This document shows, piece after piece, positions 1 to 9,476 of a DNA stretch of 64,000 bases. A program made the translations under genes and the position numbers. The stretch spans positions 137,148 through 201,147 of the forward strand of contig JBAZUU010000002.1 in NCBI GenBank assembly GCA_041661275.1, given 5' to 3'. The DNA is from Parcubacteria group bacterium. GTDB lineage: Bacteria > Patescibacteriota > Minisyncoccia > Moranbacterales > UBA2206. How positions within the stretch are numbered: position 1 is the first letter of the stretch; each line of letters starts with the position of its first letter. The notes below the pieces were generated by a model. That model saw only the letters and a program-made list of their open reading frames with translations, did no database searches and was not told where the DNA came from.

Positions 1-770
1 GGCTCACGCCGCTTAAGATTATAAATTTCAGAAAGCGATTCGGACAGACAGCCGCTTTTGACGCCGGCATAAAAGAAGCCAAGGGCGAGATCATCATCAC
101 TATGGACGGTGATCTGCAAAATGATCCGGCAGACATAAAATTGCTGCTGCAAGAGATGGACAAGGGCTTTGATGTGGTTTCCGGTTGGCGGCAATCAAGA
201 AAAGATCCGATCATGAAAAAAGTTTTCTCGCGCACGGCCAATCTTCTTCGCAAGATTCTTATTCGGGATAATATACATGATTCCGGGTGTTCGCTCAAAG
301 CTTTTCGGCGCGCTTGTTTTCATGACGTCGATCTTTTTGGCGAGATGCACCGATTTATCCCGGCTATATTGGAGATGCAGGGCTATAAAGTTGGTGAGGT
401 TGTCGTGTCGCATCATCCGCGATTGCACGGCAAAACAAAATATAACTGGAAAAGGGGACTCAAGGGTTTTGTTGATATGATTTCTGTCTGGTTCTGGCGA
501 AAATATGCCAATCGGCCACTACACCTTTTTGGCGGTTCCGGAATAGTCGCAGCCATTCTAGGAATGGCCATACTCATTTGGATGGCTATTGAAAAAATAT
601 TCTATGGCGCGTCGCTGGCCGAAAAGATCTGGCCACTTATGGGTGTATTTTTCATTATGATCGGCATCCAACTTTTCATTTTTGGCCTTATGGCGGACAT
701 TATGATCAAAAATTATTACAAAGAAAGGAAGACGATGAATTACTCAATAAAGGAGATTGTGGAGCAGTAG
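1..770 (+). CDS. GT2 glycosyltransferase (dolichol-phosphate mannosyltransferase/ArnC-like), 5' end truncated by the window, C-terminal TM helices
   Basis: Reading frame is open back to position 3 (..IIITMDGDLQND). Conserved GT2 C-terminal region plus two hydrophobic helices. Confidence 0.75.
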   Translation, partial: LTPLKIINFRKRFGQTAAFDAGIKEAKGEIIITMDGDLQNDPADIKLLLQEMDKGFDVVSGWRQSRKDPIMKKVFSRTANLLRKILIRDNIHDSGCSLKAFRRACFHDVDLFGEMHRFIPAILEMQGYKVGEVVVSHHPRLHGKTKYNWKRGLKGFVDMISVWFWRKYANRPLHLFGGSGIVAAILGMAILIWMAIEKIFYGASLAEKIWPLMGVFFIMIGIQLFIFGLMADIMIKNYYKERKTMNYSIKEIVEQ

Positions 771-799
771 GTAAATATTTAACCGATTCGAATCAACGA

Positions 800-1198
800 A
801 TGTATTCGAATTCACGAATAATAAAAAAGAACATACAAGTTTTATATCCAGAACTATCCTATAAGCTAAACGGGATATGTTTTATTGTTCACAATAGAAT
901 TGGCAGATTTAGTAGGGAGAAACAATATGCAGACGAGCTAGAAAACGAATTTAAAAAAGAAAAAATAAAATATTGTCGAGAAATGAGGATTTATAGAGAT
1001 GAAAATTTCTCGGGGAATATAATAGATTTTATTATTGACGATCGTGTTATTTTAGAGATAAAGGCCAAGAGCGTTCTAACTAAGCAGGATTATTATCAGG
1101 CAAAAAGATATTTAATTTCATTGAAAAAGGACTTGTGTTTGTTGGTTAATTTCAGAGATACTTTTCTAAAACCAAAAAGAGTATTAAATAAAGTATAA
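800..1198 (+). CDS. GxxExxY-family PD-(D/E)XK nuclease-like protein
   Basis: IGRFSREKQY motif; IIDDRVILEIKAK matches the D..E.K core; ~130 aa, the typical size. Confidence 0.65.
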   Translation: MYSNSRIIKKNIQVLYPELSYKLNGICFIVHNRIGRFSREKQYADELENEFKKEKIKYCREMRIYRDENFSGNIIDFIIDDRVILEIKAKSVLTKQDYYQAKRYLISLKKDLCLLVNFRDTFLKPKRVLNKV

Positions 1199-1251
1199 AT
1201 TTTTTACGGGACATTCGTAGATTCGGATGATTCGTAGATTCGAATCGGCTT

Positions 1252-2559
1252 ATGAAAATAGCGATAATTGGTACTGGTTATGTCGGGCTAGTCAGCGGAA
1301 CTTGTTTTTCGGAATTTGGTCACACAGTCGTTTGTATTGATAAGGATAAAAATAAAATAGAAGCGCTCAAAAATGGGCAGATGCCTATTTATGAACAGGG
1401 ACTGGAAGAAATGGTGAAAAATAATGTGGAAGCGGGGAAGCTTTCTTTCACGCTTGATTTGGCAGAGGCTATGGCCGACGCGGAGGCTGTTTTTATCGCT
1501 GTTGGCACGCCGACATCACGCCGCGGAGATGGATATGCCGATCTGACCTATGTCTACGAAGCAGCCAAAGATATTGCGCCACACCTGAAAAACTATGCGG
1601 TCATCGTAGGCAAAAGCACAGTTCCAGTGGGGACGGCCAGGGAAGTCAAAAGAATTATAAAAGAAGAAAATCCCGAAGCTGATTTTGACGTGGCGTCCAA
1701 CCCGGAGTTTTTGAAAGAAGGAGTGGCCATCGCTGACTTTATGAACCCGGATAGAGTAGTTATTGGGGTGGAAACTCAAAGGGCGGAAGATGTTTTGCGC
1801 CATATTTATGAGCCATTGAATTCACAAAATACTCCGCTGGTGGTGACAAATCTGGAAACAGCCGAACTGATCAAATACGCTTCCAACGCATTTCTAGCAG
1901 TCAAGATCAGCTATATCAACGATATGGCCAACTTGTGCGAGAAAGTAGGAGCGGATGTAGTAACGCTGGCCGAAGGGATGGGACTGGATCCGCGGATCGG
2001 GGATAAATTTCTCAATGCCGGACCAGGCTACGGAGGCTCATGCTTTCCTAAAGACACCCTGGCGCTCAATAAAACGGCTCAGGAGCGCGGAGCGGCTCTC
2101 CGGATAGTAGAAGCAGCCATCGAGATAAATTCCGCCCAGAAAGCGCGTATGGTGAGGAAAATAAAAGAAGCGCTAGGCGGGTCGGAAGCTGGAAAAACCG
2201 TGGCTTGTCTTGGACTCACTTTCAAAGCGGAAACGGACGATATGCGCGACGCCCAATCATTGACCATTTTGCCGGCACTCACCGAAAAAGGGGCGAAAGT
2301 GCGGGCGCATGATCCACAAGGAGAAGAAGCGGCCAAAAAACTGATGCCGGAACTGGCCTATTGCGATGATATATATGAAACTTGTGAGGGCGCGGATGCC
2401 GTTATTATTATGACTGAATGGAACCAATACCGCGCGCTCGATCTCGACAAAATAAAATCCCTCATGAAAACCCCGGTATTCATAGATTTACGAAATCTTT
2501 ACGACCCGGTACACGTGAAAGAAAAAGGATTCAAGTATTTTGGGGTGGGGAGAAATTAA
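1252..2559 (+). CDS. ugd: UDP-glucose 6-dehydrogenase
   Basis: N-terminal Rossmann motif IAIIGTGYVGL; catalytic GGSCFPKD; 435 aa. Confidence 0.9.
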   Translation: MKIAIIGTGYVGLVSGTCFSEFGHTVVCIDKDKNKIEALKNGQMPIYEQGLEEMVKNNVEAGKLSFTLDLAEAMADAEAVFIAVGTPTSRRGDGYADLTYVYEAAKDIAPHLKNYAVIVGKSTVPVGTAREVKRIIKEENPEADFDVASNPEFLKEGVAIADFMNPDRVVIGVETQRAEDVLRHIYEPLNSQNTPLVVTNLETAELIKYASNAFLAVKISYINDMANLCEKVGADVVTLAEGMGLDPRIGDKFLNAGPGYGGSCFPKDTLALNKTAQERGAALRIVEAAIEINSAQKARMVRKIKEALGGSEAGKTVACLGLTFKAETDDMRDAQSLTILPALTEKGAKVRAHDPQGEEAAKKLMPELAYCDDIYETCEGADAVIIMTEWNQYRALDLDKIKSLMKTPVFIDLRNLYDPVHVKEKGFKYFGVGRN

Positions 2560-2615
2560 ATTTTGAATTTTTGTACCTTATTTTCAACTAATCCGCAGAA
2601 AAGGAGGCAACGGTT

Positions 2616-2732
2616 ATGTTATTACGAAGCTTTCGGGATTTCGCGAGAGAACCAATTTTTGTGAGAGCGGCCATAGTAGTATTTTTGGTTGTTGTAGTTG
2701 GAGCAATGGTTGCGGGCATTTTTTTGCCATAA
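2616..2732 (+). CDS. Small hydrophobic peptide (38 aa), hypothetical
   Basis: Strong SD AAGGAGG 7 nt upstream of the ATG; single TM-like segment; hairpin plus T-run downstream (~2790-2815). Confidence 0.3.
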   Translation: MLLRSFRDFAREPIFVRAAIVVFLVVVVGAMVAGIFLP

Positions 2733-3123
2733 ATCTTCAAGAAAGCATCTTGGTCGGAGTTTCTGCTCCTGAATCCCGCTTGTCGGGAAACAAAGCAGGG
2801 TTCCGACTTTTTTAAATCAAAAAGACCCCGGCGATAACGCTGGAGCCTTTTCTTTCCCTTAATAATCTGCCAATCATAAGTAATTTTGGAACTGAGTAAG
2901 TACTAGAAAAATTTGATGTACATGTTAATCAGGAACTAGTCATTGGCAAGTTGTTAAGGGAAAATCGTACTATCTTTTATTACGACTACCCATTATACAC
3001 CCAAATTAACAAAAAGTCAAGGGCATGTTTGCCGACTGCCAAATTGCGGCTTGTTTAAGGGGAAATATGGCAGGCGAAAAGTTGTACTATTTTAATTGAG
3101 AAATAAATATAGAATAGAAGGGG

Positions 3124-3333
3124 GTGATATATATGATGATGGCAAGTTGCAAGGATATGGGCGCAGATTGTGATTTTGTGGCCAAAGGCGAAACAGCATA
3201 TGATGTGAAAATGAAAATGATGGAGCACGCCAAGATGGATCACAAAGATATGATGGCCAAGATGGAAAGTATGTCTGATGACGAAAAGAAGAAGAATTGG
3301 GAGATGATGCTGAAAAATATGAAATGCGCTTAA
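3124..3333 (+). CDS. DUF1059-family small protein; true start probably one of the ATGs at 3133-3141
   Basis: SCKDMGADCDFVAKGETAYDVKMKMMEHAKMDH matches the DUF1059 pattern (C..G..C.F..R/K.ET..E....AH...H). GGGGGTG RBS precedes the ATG cluster. Confidence 0.55.
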   Translation: MIYMMMASCKDMGADCDFVAKGETAYDVKMKMMEHAKMDHKDMMAKMESMSDDEKKKNWEMMLKNMKCA

Positions 3334-3458
3334 TCTAGCTAGTACTATTTAAATAGTATTTACCAAAAACAACTTCCGCGAGGGGGTTGTTTTTGGTTGG
3401 GGGTGTACAGCTGCTTGGTTTTGTGGGATAATAGAGGTGTAAAAAATAAAATAAAAAA

Positions 3459-6400
3459 ATGAAACTAATCAAGAGAGGGTTAGTTAAAAAAATAGCGAGA
3501 TATTTTTTTGTATTAATATTCTCTTTTTTATTTTTTTCAATTTCTACAACTTTCGCTCAAGATACTGAAAATTCATTTCATATTCCTGGCACTCTTGAGG
3601 GAACGGGAAAACATTTTGAAATTACTGATAGCGAATATCTGAACATATCCTTAGACAGTAGTGAACGTATAGATGTCCGGATAGAATCGATGCCGGAGAT
3701 GATAATTTTACAGTTAAAATCTTCTCCTGACAATGATTCTGCCGAGATTAATATATCAGGGTTATCTTCTAAAACTACTTACCACAAATACGAAGATGAC
3801 TATCAAAATTACGCGCCACTTATAACTAATGAGTATGGCGCGTTTTCTTTTGAACAGGATTTGACCCAAGATCACATTATTTTCATCCAACCAAGAAAAA
3901 GCACAAAGATTATAAAGGATGATGCAACGGGATATGATTGCGGAGGAAGAAATGGCGTTGCCGGGATCGGTAATTGGAACGCATCTTCCAAAACATGCAC
4001 GCTAAACAAGGATGTACAAGAAACTATTCAAATCAATAGTGATGATATAACTCTGGATGGAAATGGGCACAATGTAACTGGATCAAATACGGGAAATGGC
4101 ATTTATGCTTTGGGCAAACGAAACATTATTAAAAATATTAACGTCAGCAATTTTTCATATGGAATTTATCTTCGCAACAGTGGTTCAGTGACTGCCAGTA
4201 CGGCAACAAATAATTATTACGGAATATATGTCTATGGCAATAGCGCAAATCCTCCTGGTGTTACCATTTCAAATAATTCCATTTTCAACAATCATAACTA
4301 TGGCATAAGTTTATTTTACACCAAAGATAATGAAATATCCGATAATATTGTTGGGCCAGGGCATTGGGTTGGTCTTTTTCAAACATCATCAGAGAATAGT
4401 ATCATCGAAAGAAATGATTTTTTTGAAAATCAATACGGGTTAAATCTCAATGGGGATTACAACAATCTCAACGGAAACACAATACGCAACAATAGCACAT
4501 CAAATTTTTATCTTGAAAGTAGTGATATGTCGACAAACAGTATAGGAACAGACAATACAATCGATGGAATGCCAATTTATTATGAAAAAAATGTTTCAAA
4601 TGAAACATATGATTCAATCAATATGGGAGCATTCTATTGCGCTAATTGCCAGAATATCACACTTAAAAATATTTCCTTTTCGGGAAAAGAAGCGCAAATG
4701 TTCTTTTGGCATACTGACAATTCTTTTGTAGAAGAAATAAGTTCTGCGGATAAAAGTATTGATGCCAGGCTGTATTATTCATCCAACAATACAATTGCAA
4801 AAAACACAATTGGCTCCATAAGGATTTATAAATCAAGCAACGAAAACAAGATATATAATAACAATATAATGACCGATGATTCCGGATATACGATAGCAAA
4901 TTCCTCTTTTGGTAATTTATTCAACGAGCCTTTACCGACAGGTGGAAATTATTGGAAGGCAAATGAATCTACTTGCAGGGATTTGAACAATGACAAAATT
5001 TGCGATACTCCGTTCTATTTTGATACCGGCGAAGACGATTATCCCTGGATCCAAGAGAATGATTTCAGTATGCCTTCAGGCAACTCTAACGTAATGTTTT
5101 TGCCGGGGATAAAGGCCAGCCGGCTTTATAAAAAAGATTCCGGCGGAGGCGAAGACCAGCTTTGGGAGCCGAACTATTTTGGAAATGATCTGGAAGATCT
5201 GACTTTGGATGAGAATGGGGAAAGTGTGAATAGCGTCTATACGCGTGATGTGATTGATGAGATAGGAACATCGTGGCTGGGACTCGGACCGAATATCTAT
5301 AAAACATTTATCAATCAACTCGCGTTGTTGAAAAATGACGGTACGATTAATGATTATAATATTTTCGCTTACGACTGGCGGCAAAGTGTGGAAGATATTG
5401 CCGAAAATGGAACGCCGTATAATGGAGAAATAAAATCAGCTATCGCGGAATTAGAAAGTCTGGCGGGAAGTTCCAAGAGCAAAAAAGTGACTTTGGTTGC
5501 CCATTCCAACGGCGGGCTCTTGGCCAAAGCTATAATGTTGGAGCTCGAAAAAACAGGAAAAGCTGACAAAGTGGACAAAATTGTTTTTGTCGGAACGCCG
5601 CAAATGGGCACGCCAAAGGCGATATTATCGATGCTCTATGGCTATGACGAGTCAGCGATTTTTGGAACACTCATTTCGGAGTCAGCTTCCCGTAAACTGG
5701 TCGAGAATATGCCAGGCGCTTATGGTCTTTTGCCGTCAGAAAAATATTTCGAGCGGACGGAGGAACCGTTTATTAATTTTTTGTCGGAGAATACAAAATA
5801 TAAAAGTTTTATGGATGCCTATCAAAGTGGTATTGATAGCTTCGGAGAATTCAGAGAATTTTTGACAGGATCTGGAGATGGCCGGGAAAAGCCGGATGAA
5901 AATGATGTGGAATCGGAGAACAAACTCAGTGGAAATCTTTTTGATCAGGCAGGCGAGTTGCATGATAATTTAGATGGCTGGACGGCACCGGAAAATATTC
6001 AGATAATTGAAATTGCCGGGTGGGGATTGGATACAATAACTGGCGTAGATTATACGGAAAAAGAAAAAGCCGAATGTTATTCTTATTTGGGTTATATCGT
6101 GCCATCCTGCGCCGGAACGGGGAAATATGAACCGGTTTATGAACCAAAATTTACTGTGGATGGAGACAAGGTGGTGACAGCGCCCAGCGCTTTGATGCTT
6201 CCGGAAGGAAGTAATGTGAAGAGGTATTGGGTGGATTTGTATAGGTATAACCACGATCCAATAGTTAATAAAAATCAAAATCATAGTAGTATTTTTGAAG
6301 TTAGTTCTATTCAACAATTTCTTTCAGATATTATTAAAAACACAAGTAATCCTCCCTTACCTGAATATATAAAAACAGCTCGTCCAAATGATTATAATAA

Positions 6401-7724
6401 CGCAAAGCCACGCATTCGCATGTCTCTCTATTCTCCACTGGATATCCATCTCTATGATGAAAATGGAAATCATACTGGACCAAAAAAAGTTACTGATGAA
6501 AATGGAAAAGAGGGAATAATTTTTGAAGAGAATATTCCCAACAGCTACTATTATCAATTCGGTGATCGTAAATATGTTGGTGTGCCAGGTGAAGAAAACA
6601 TCCATATGACTATGGATGGATACGATAATGGAGCTTATACATTGAAGATGGAAGAAGTCATGGAAACTGTCGGCGGCGAAGAAATAATATCTCATACTAC
6701 CTTTGCCGATCTTCCAGTATCGCCTGAAACATCTGTAGCAGTAGATATTCCAGAATCAGGACTTGACAGCTTGTCCAATCTGGAAGCGGATTTTGATGGA
6801 AATGGAGAGGGTGACTATGAAGTTATCCCAATTCCTAATGGTGAAGCTACTCTTCCTGATATGATTCCCCCGCAAACCGCGATTGAGTTATCAGGGACGG
6901 AGGGTGATAATAATTGGTATGCCAGCGATGTCGCGGTGAAGCTTACTGCTGTGGACAATGAAGGAGGATCGGGAGTGAATACAATTTCTTATTCTTTTGA
7001 CAATGGTGCGTCATGGCAAGAATATTTTAATTCGGTGAACATCTCCGGAGAAGGAATATTTAGTTTTCAATATTTTTCCACTGATAAAAAGGGGAACAAG
7101 GAAGAGATAAAAACAGAAAGCATAAAAATAGACAGGACTGCCCCGGAAGCAAAATTTACATTTGATCAAAACAATCAGAAATTTAATATTATTGGGATGG
7201 ATAATTTGTCGCAAAATATTGCGGTTGAGACAGAAGAGCAGGCAGTCAATTCAAAGCCGGAAACCAAAAGGGGGATATTTTTCTGGATTTTTGATATAAT
7301 CAAGAACAGAAAGAAAGAAAAAAACATCATTGCGACTTTGCGTGATGAAGCCGGGAATGAAACGAAAATCAATTTTACGAAGAAAGAAAATAATGATCAT
7401 TTTATCAATATTTTCCCGGAGTCTATTTCGTATAATGGCGTAAAAACGGATTTTTCCAAATCATCGTTGCAATATAAATGGCTTCTGAATTGGAGAAAGA
7501 AAAACTATGTTCTTTTCGGATCGCACATTATGGCAGGAGATGAGCTTTTGGAATCGCACTATCTCCCCAAAAGAAATGAAACGTGGATAATGCAAAGGCC
7601 AAGAGAGCTTGATGACGATGATAATGACGATGACGCGGAGAGGCGTCCAGTCTGGAAAAAGCTTTCTGGAATGGTTGTGCCCTTCATCCAAACGGAACAA
7701 GGAAAAATTGAAATAAAATATTAA
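3459..7724 (+). CDS. Giant secreted/surface protein: signal anchor, parallel beta-helix repeats (~aa 150-480), LCAT/PGAP1-like alpha/beta-hydrolase (lipase/acyltransferase) domain (~aa 540-760), Ig-like domain (~aa 1148-1230), acidic C-terminus
   Basis: N-terminal hydrophobic segment. Repeated NNxxYGI / NxxxGIxL beta-helix units. YDWR motif and AHSNGG (GxSxG) nucleophile elbow. WYASDVAVKL..SGV..ISYSFDNGASW..IDRTAPEA Ig-like motif. Confidence 0.8.
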   Translation: MKLIKRGLVKKIARYFFVLIFSFLFFSISTTFAQDTENSFHIPGTLEGTGKHFEITDSEYLNISLDSSERIDVRIESMPEMIILQLKSSPDNDSAEINISGLSSKTTYHKYEDDYQNYAPLITNEYGAFSFEQDLTQDHIIFIQPRKSTKIIKDDATGYDCGGRNGVAGIGNWNASSKTCTLNKDVQETIQINSDDITLDGNGHNVTGSNTGNGIYALGKRNIIKNINVSNFSYGIYLRNSGSVTASTATNNYYGIYVYGNSANPPGVTISNNSIFNNHNYGISLFYTKDNEISDNIVGPGHWVGLFQTSSENSIIERNDFFENQYGLNLNGDYNNLNGNTIRNNSTSNFYLESSDMSTNSIGTDNTIDGMPIYYEKNVSNETYDSINMGAFYCANCQNITLKNISFSGKEAQMFFWHTDNSFVEEISSADKSIDARLYYSSNNTIAKNTIGSIRIYKSSNENKIYNNNIMTDDSGYTIANSSFGNLFNEPLPTGGNYWKANESTCRDLNNDKICDTPFYFDTGEDDYPWIQENDFSMPSGNSNVMFLPGIKASRLYKKDSGGGEDQLWEPNYFGNDLEDLTLDENGESVNSVYTRDVIDEIGTSWLGLGPNIYKTFINQLALLKNDGTINDYNIFAYDWRQSVEDIAENGTPYNGEIKSAIAELESLAGSSKSKKVTLVAHSNGGLLAKAIMLELEKTGKADKVDKIVFVGTPQMGTPKAILSMLYGYDESAIFGTLISESASRKLVENMPGAYGLLPSEKYFERTEEPFINFLSENTKYKSFMDAYQSGIDSFGEFREFLTGSGDGREKPDENDVESENKLSGNLFDQAGELHDNLDGWTAPENIQIIEIAGWGLDTITGVDYTEKEKAECYSYLGYIVPSCAGTGKYEPVYEPKFTVDGDKVVTAPSALMLPEGSNVKRYWVDLYRYNHDPIVNKNQNHSSIFEVSSIQQFLSDIIKNTSNPPLPEYIKTARPNDYNNAKPRIRMSLYSPLDIHLYDENGNHTGPKKVTDENGKEGIIFEENIPNSYYYQFGDRKYVGVPGEENIHMTMDGYDNGAYTLKMEEVMETVGGEEIISHTTFADLPVSPETSVAVDIPESGLDSLSNLEADFDGNGEGDYEVIPIPNGEATLPDMIPPQTAIELSGTEGDNNWYASDVAVKLTAVDNEGGSGVNTISYSFDNGASWQEYFNSVNISGEGIFSFQYFSTDKKGNKEEIKTESIKIDRTAPEAKFTFDQNNQKFNIIGMDNLSQNIAVETEEQAVNSKPETKRGIFFWIFDIIKNRKKEKNIIATLRDEAGNETKINFTKKENNDHFINIFPESISYNGVKTDFSKSSLQYKWLLNWRKKNYVLFGSHIMAGDELLESHYLPKRNETWIMQRPRELDDDDNDDDAERRPVWKKLSGMVVPFIQTEQGKIEIKY

Positions 7725-7747
7725 TAATTAATAAAGAAAATAAATTT

Positions 7748-8125
7748 ATGGAAAAGACATATCTGTGGAGAATTTTAACAATTTTACTTAGCCTTGTGCT
7801 ATTAGGTGCAGCGTATCTTATGAATGGACGAAATATTCTTTATTTGGAATCAATTAGTAGCCCATTGTTTGTTTTGAGTATGGCCATGTTGTTAGTTTCT
7901 ATCATCCTTCTTTTTATCAACGACAGAATTTTTCTCAAATGGCTTCGGTTTGCCATAGTTTGGGTTATTTTGTCAATAATTCTAATCGCGCTTACTCCCG
8001 AATATTCCGGCGGTTGGGTTCCTATGAATCCTGATCGGGAGTCGGTTTCCATTTGGATGGGTTCGCTTTTTGTTGTTTTGAGCCTGGCTAAAATTATTTG
8101 GGATTCATGGAAAGAGAAAAAATAA
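7748..8125 (+). CDS. Small polytopic membrane protein, hypothetical
   Basis: About four hydrophobic helices; no recognisable family. Confidence 0.5.
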   Translation: MEKTYLWRILTILLSLVLLGAAYLMNGRNILYLESISSPLFVLSMAMLLVSIILLFINDRIFLKWLRFAIVWVILSIILIALTPEYSGGWVPMNPDRESVSIWMGSLFVVLSLAKIIWDSWKEKK

Positions 8126-8320
8126 TAGGAAAAAAACACTGGGTATTCAGTCTAGTAGTGCTCGTGGTTGTTATAATCGCGGTATTAATTATTGTAGACA
8201 TGTTTTCAATTGGAACAATTTATTAATTTTGAAAAAAATATTTGGGACACATGGAAAGAAAAAAATAATCCCCAATCTTAAATTAAGGTTGAATCCTTGA
8301 GCGACGCTCAAGGACTGCTC

Positions 8321-8351
8321 ATAAAAACATAAAAAGGAGCGCGAACTCCTT
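8321..8351 (-). terminator. Candidate rho-independent terminator for the HNH gene
   Basis: Hairpin AAGGAG-CGCGAA-CTCCTT at 8334-8351, followed on the minus strand by TTTTATGTTTTTAT. Confidence 0.4.
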
Positions 8352-8384
8352 CCTATGCTTGCTACAGGTTAGACTTAGATAAAT

Positions 8385-8633
8385 CTAAACGCCGTAACTA
8401 CGTGTTTTTTCATGACAGGGAACGCATAATATTCGACAATTATCAACGGTATCAGAACCGCCAGCTTCTTGTGAAATAATATGGTGCGCATGCCATTTCC
8501 GATCCTCAATTTTATTTTGAGGATCAAGCATCTTGTTGCATCGACCATTATGATTGCAGGCGCCTAAGGTGCATTCACACTTTCCGCCCGCTCTACGCCA
8601 CGCTTGGTTGATGACTTCTTGAGAAAAAGCCAT
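8385..8633 (-). CDS. HNH endonuclease (small, stand-alone)
   Basis: C.C..C.HNGRC ... HAHHII..GGSD..DNCRILCVPCH zinc-finger/HNH signature. Confidence 0.8.
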   Translation of the reverse strand: MAFSQEVINQAWRRAGGKCECTLGACNHNGRCNKMLDPQNKIEDRKWHAHHIISQEAGGSDTVDNCRILCVPCHEKTRSYGV

Positions 8634-8799
8634 TGCGTTACATTATGGCCTTACCCCTAGAATAAAGTCTTGTTGGTTATCCGACTTCTAGGGAATCGGA
8701 AAGACGTCTTCAATTTAATATTATAGCAGCTGTATTATTTTAGTCAAGTGCATTTATGCACAACTATAAAGTTATCCACAATCACTATAATAAAGGTAG

Positions 8800-8836
8800 T
8801 TGACGTGTACAAACAGTCATATATAATGTATATATG
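8800..8836 (+). promoter_or_regulatory. Sigma70-like promoter of the lexA-like gene (TTGACG-N16-TATAAT), apparently leaderless, overlapped by palindrome CATATATA-ATG-TATATATG
   Basis: -35 at 8800-8805 and -10 at 8822-8827. The ATG at 8834 is ~7 nt after the -10. Perfect 8+3+8 palindrome at 8818-8836. Confidence 0.45.
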
Positions 8837-9472
8837 AGTATAAAACTAACGCCAAAACAAAGGAACGTTTTAGAATTTATTTACACATTTTTAGAAAATT
8901 CTGGCTTTCCGCCGTCAATTTCCGAGCTAAAAGAAGAGCTCAATGTTTCCTCCAACCAATCAGTTCTGAATTTTTTGGATACGCTTGAAAAAAAGGGCTA
9001 TATAAAAAGAGAAAAGGATCAAGCAAGAGGGCTAAAAATTTTACCGATGGGAGCCAGGGAAATTGGCAAAGACGTTTTAATAAAAGTAGTTGGAACAAGT
9101 GCGGCTGGACCATATATAGAATCCTACGCAAATGCATTTTCGTTTTATCCAGTACAAAAAGGAATTTTGGAAAAAGAAAATATTGCTGATTCCCAGGAGA
9201 AAGTTTTTGTTATTCAGGTTCAGGGTGATTCAATGACAAATATTGGAATAGAAAATGATGATATGCTTTTGGTGAAAGAAGCTAAGGAATTTAAAAGCGG
9301 TGATATTGTGGTGGCGGAAACTGATGAGGGTGCGACTGTCAAAAGATTTATTGCTGAAGGTGGAAAAAGATATTTGAAGCCTGAAAATCCAAACTACGAA
9401 AATATTCTAATAATACCTGGCGAAGTGAGATTTAGAGGAAGAGTAATTTTAAATTTAAGTAAAATAAAATAA
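8834..9472 (+). CDS. lexA: LexA-family repressor (winged-helix DNA-binding domain + S24 peptidase)
   Basis: N-terminus matches the LexA DNA-binding domain (LTPKQRNVLEFI..SGFPPSISEL). QVQGDSM Ser nucleophile and a downstream Lys form the S24 dyad. Confidence 0.85.
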   Translation: MSIKLTPKQRNVLEFIYTFLENSGFPPSISELKEELNVSSNQSVLNFLDTLEKKGYIKREKDQARGLKILPMGAREIGKDVLIKVVGTSAAGPYIESYANAFSFYPVQKGILEKENIADSQEKVFVIQVQGDSMTNIGIENDDMLLVKEAKEFKSGDIVVAETDEGATVKRFIAEGGKRYLKPENPNYENILIIPGEVRFRGRVILNLSKIK

Positions 9473-9476
9473 CAAG

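Noticed and set aside
3055-3243. His/Cys-rich 62-aa minus-strand ORF
   Set aside because: It overlaps the DUF1059 gene on the opposite strand, and its composition mirrors the Met/Lys/Asp-rich coding strand. Shadow ORF.
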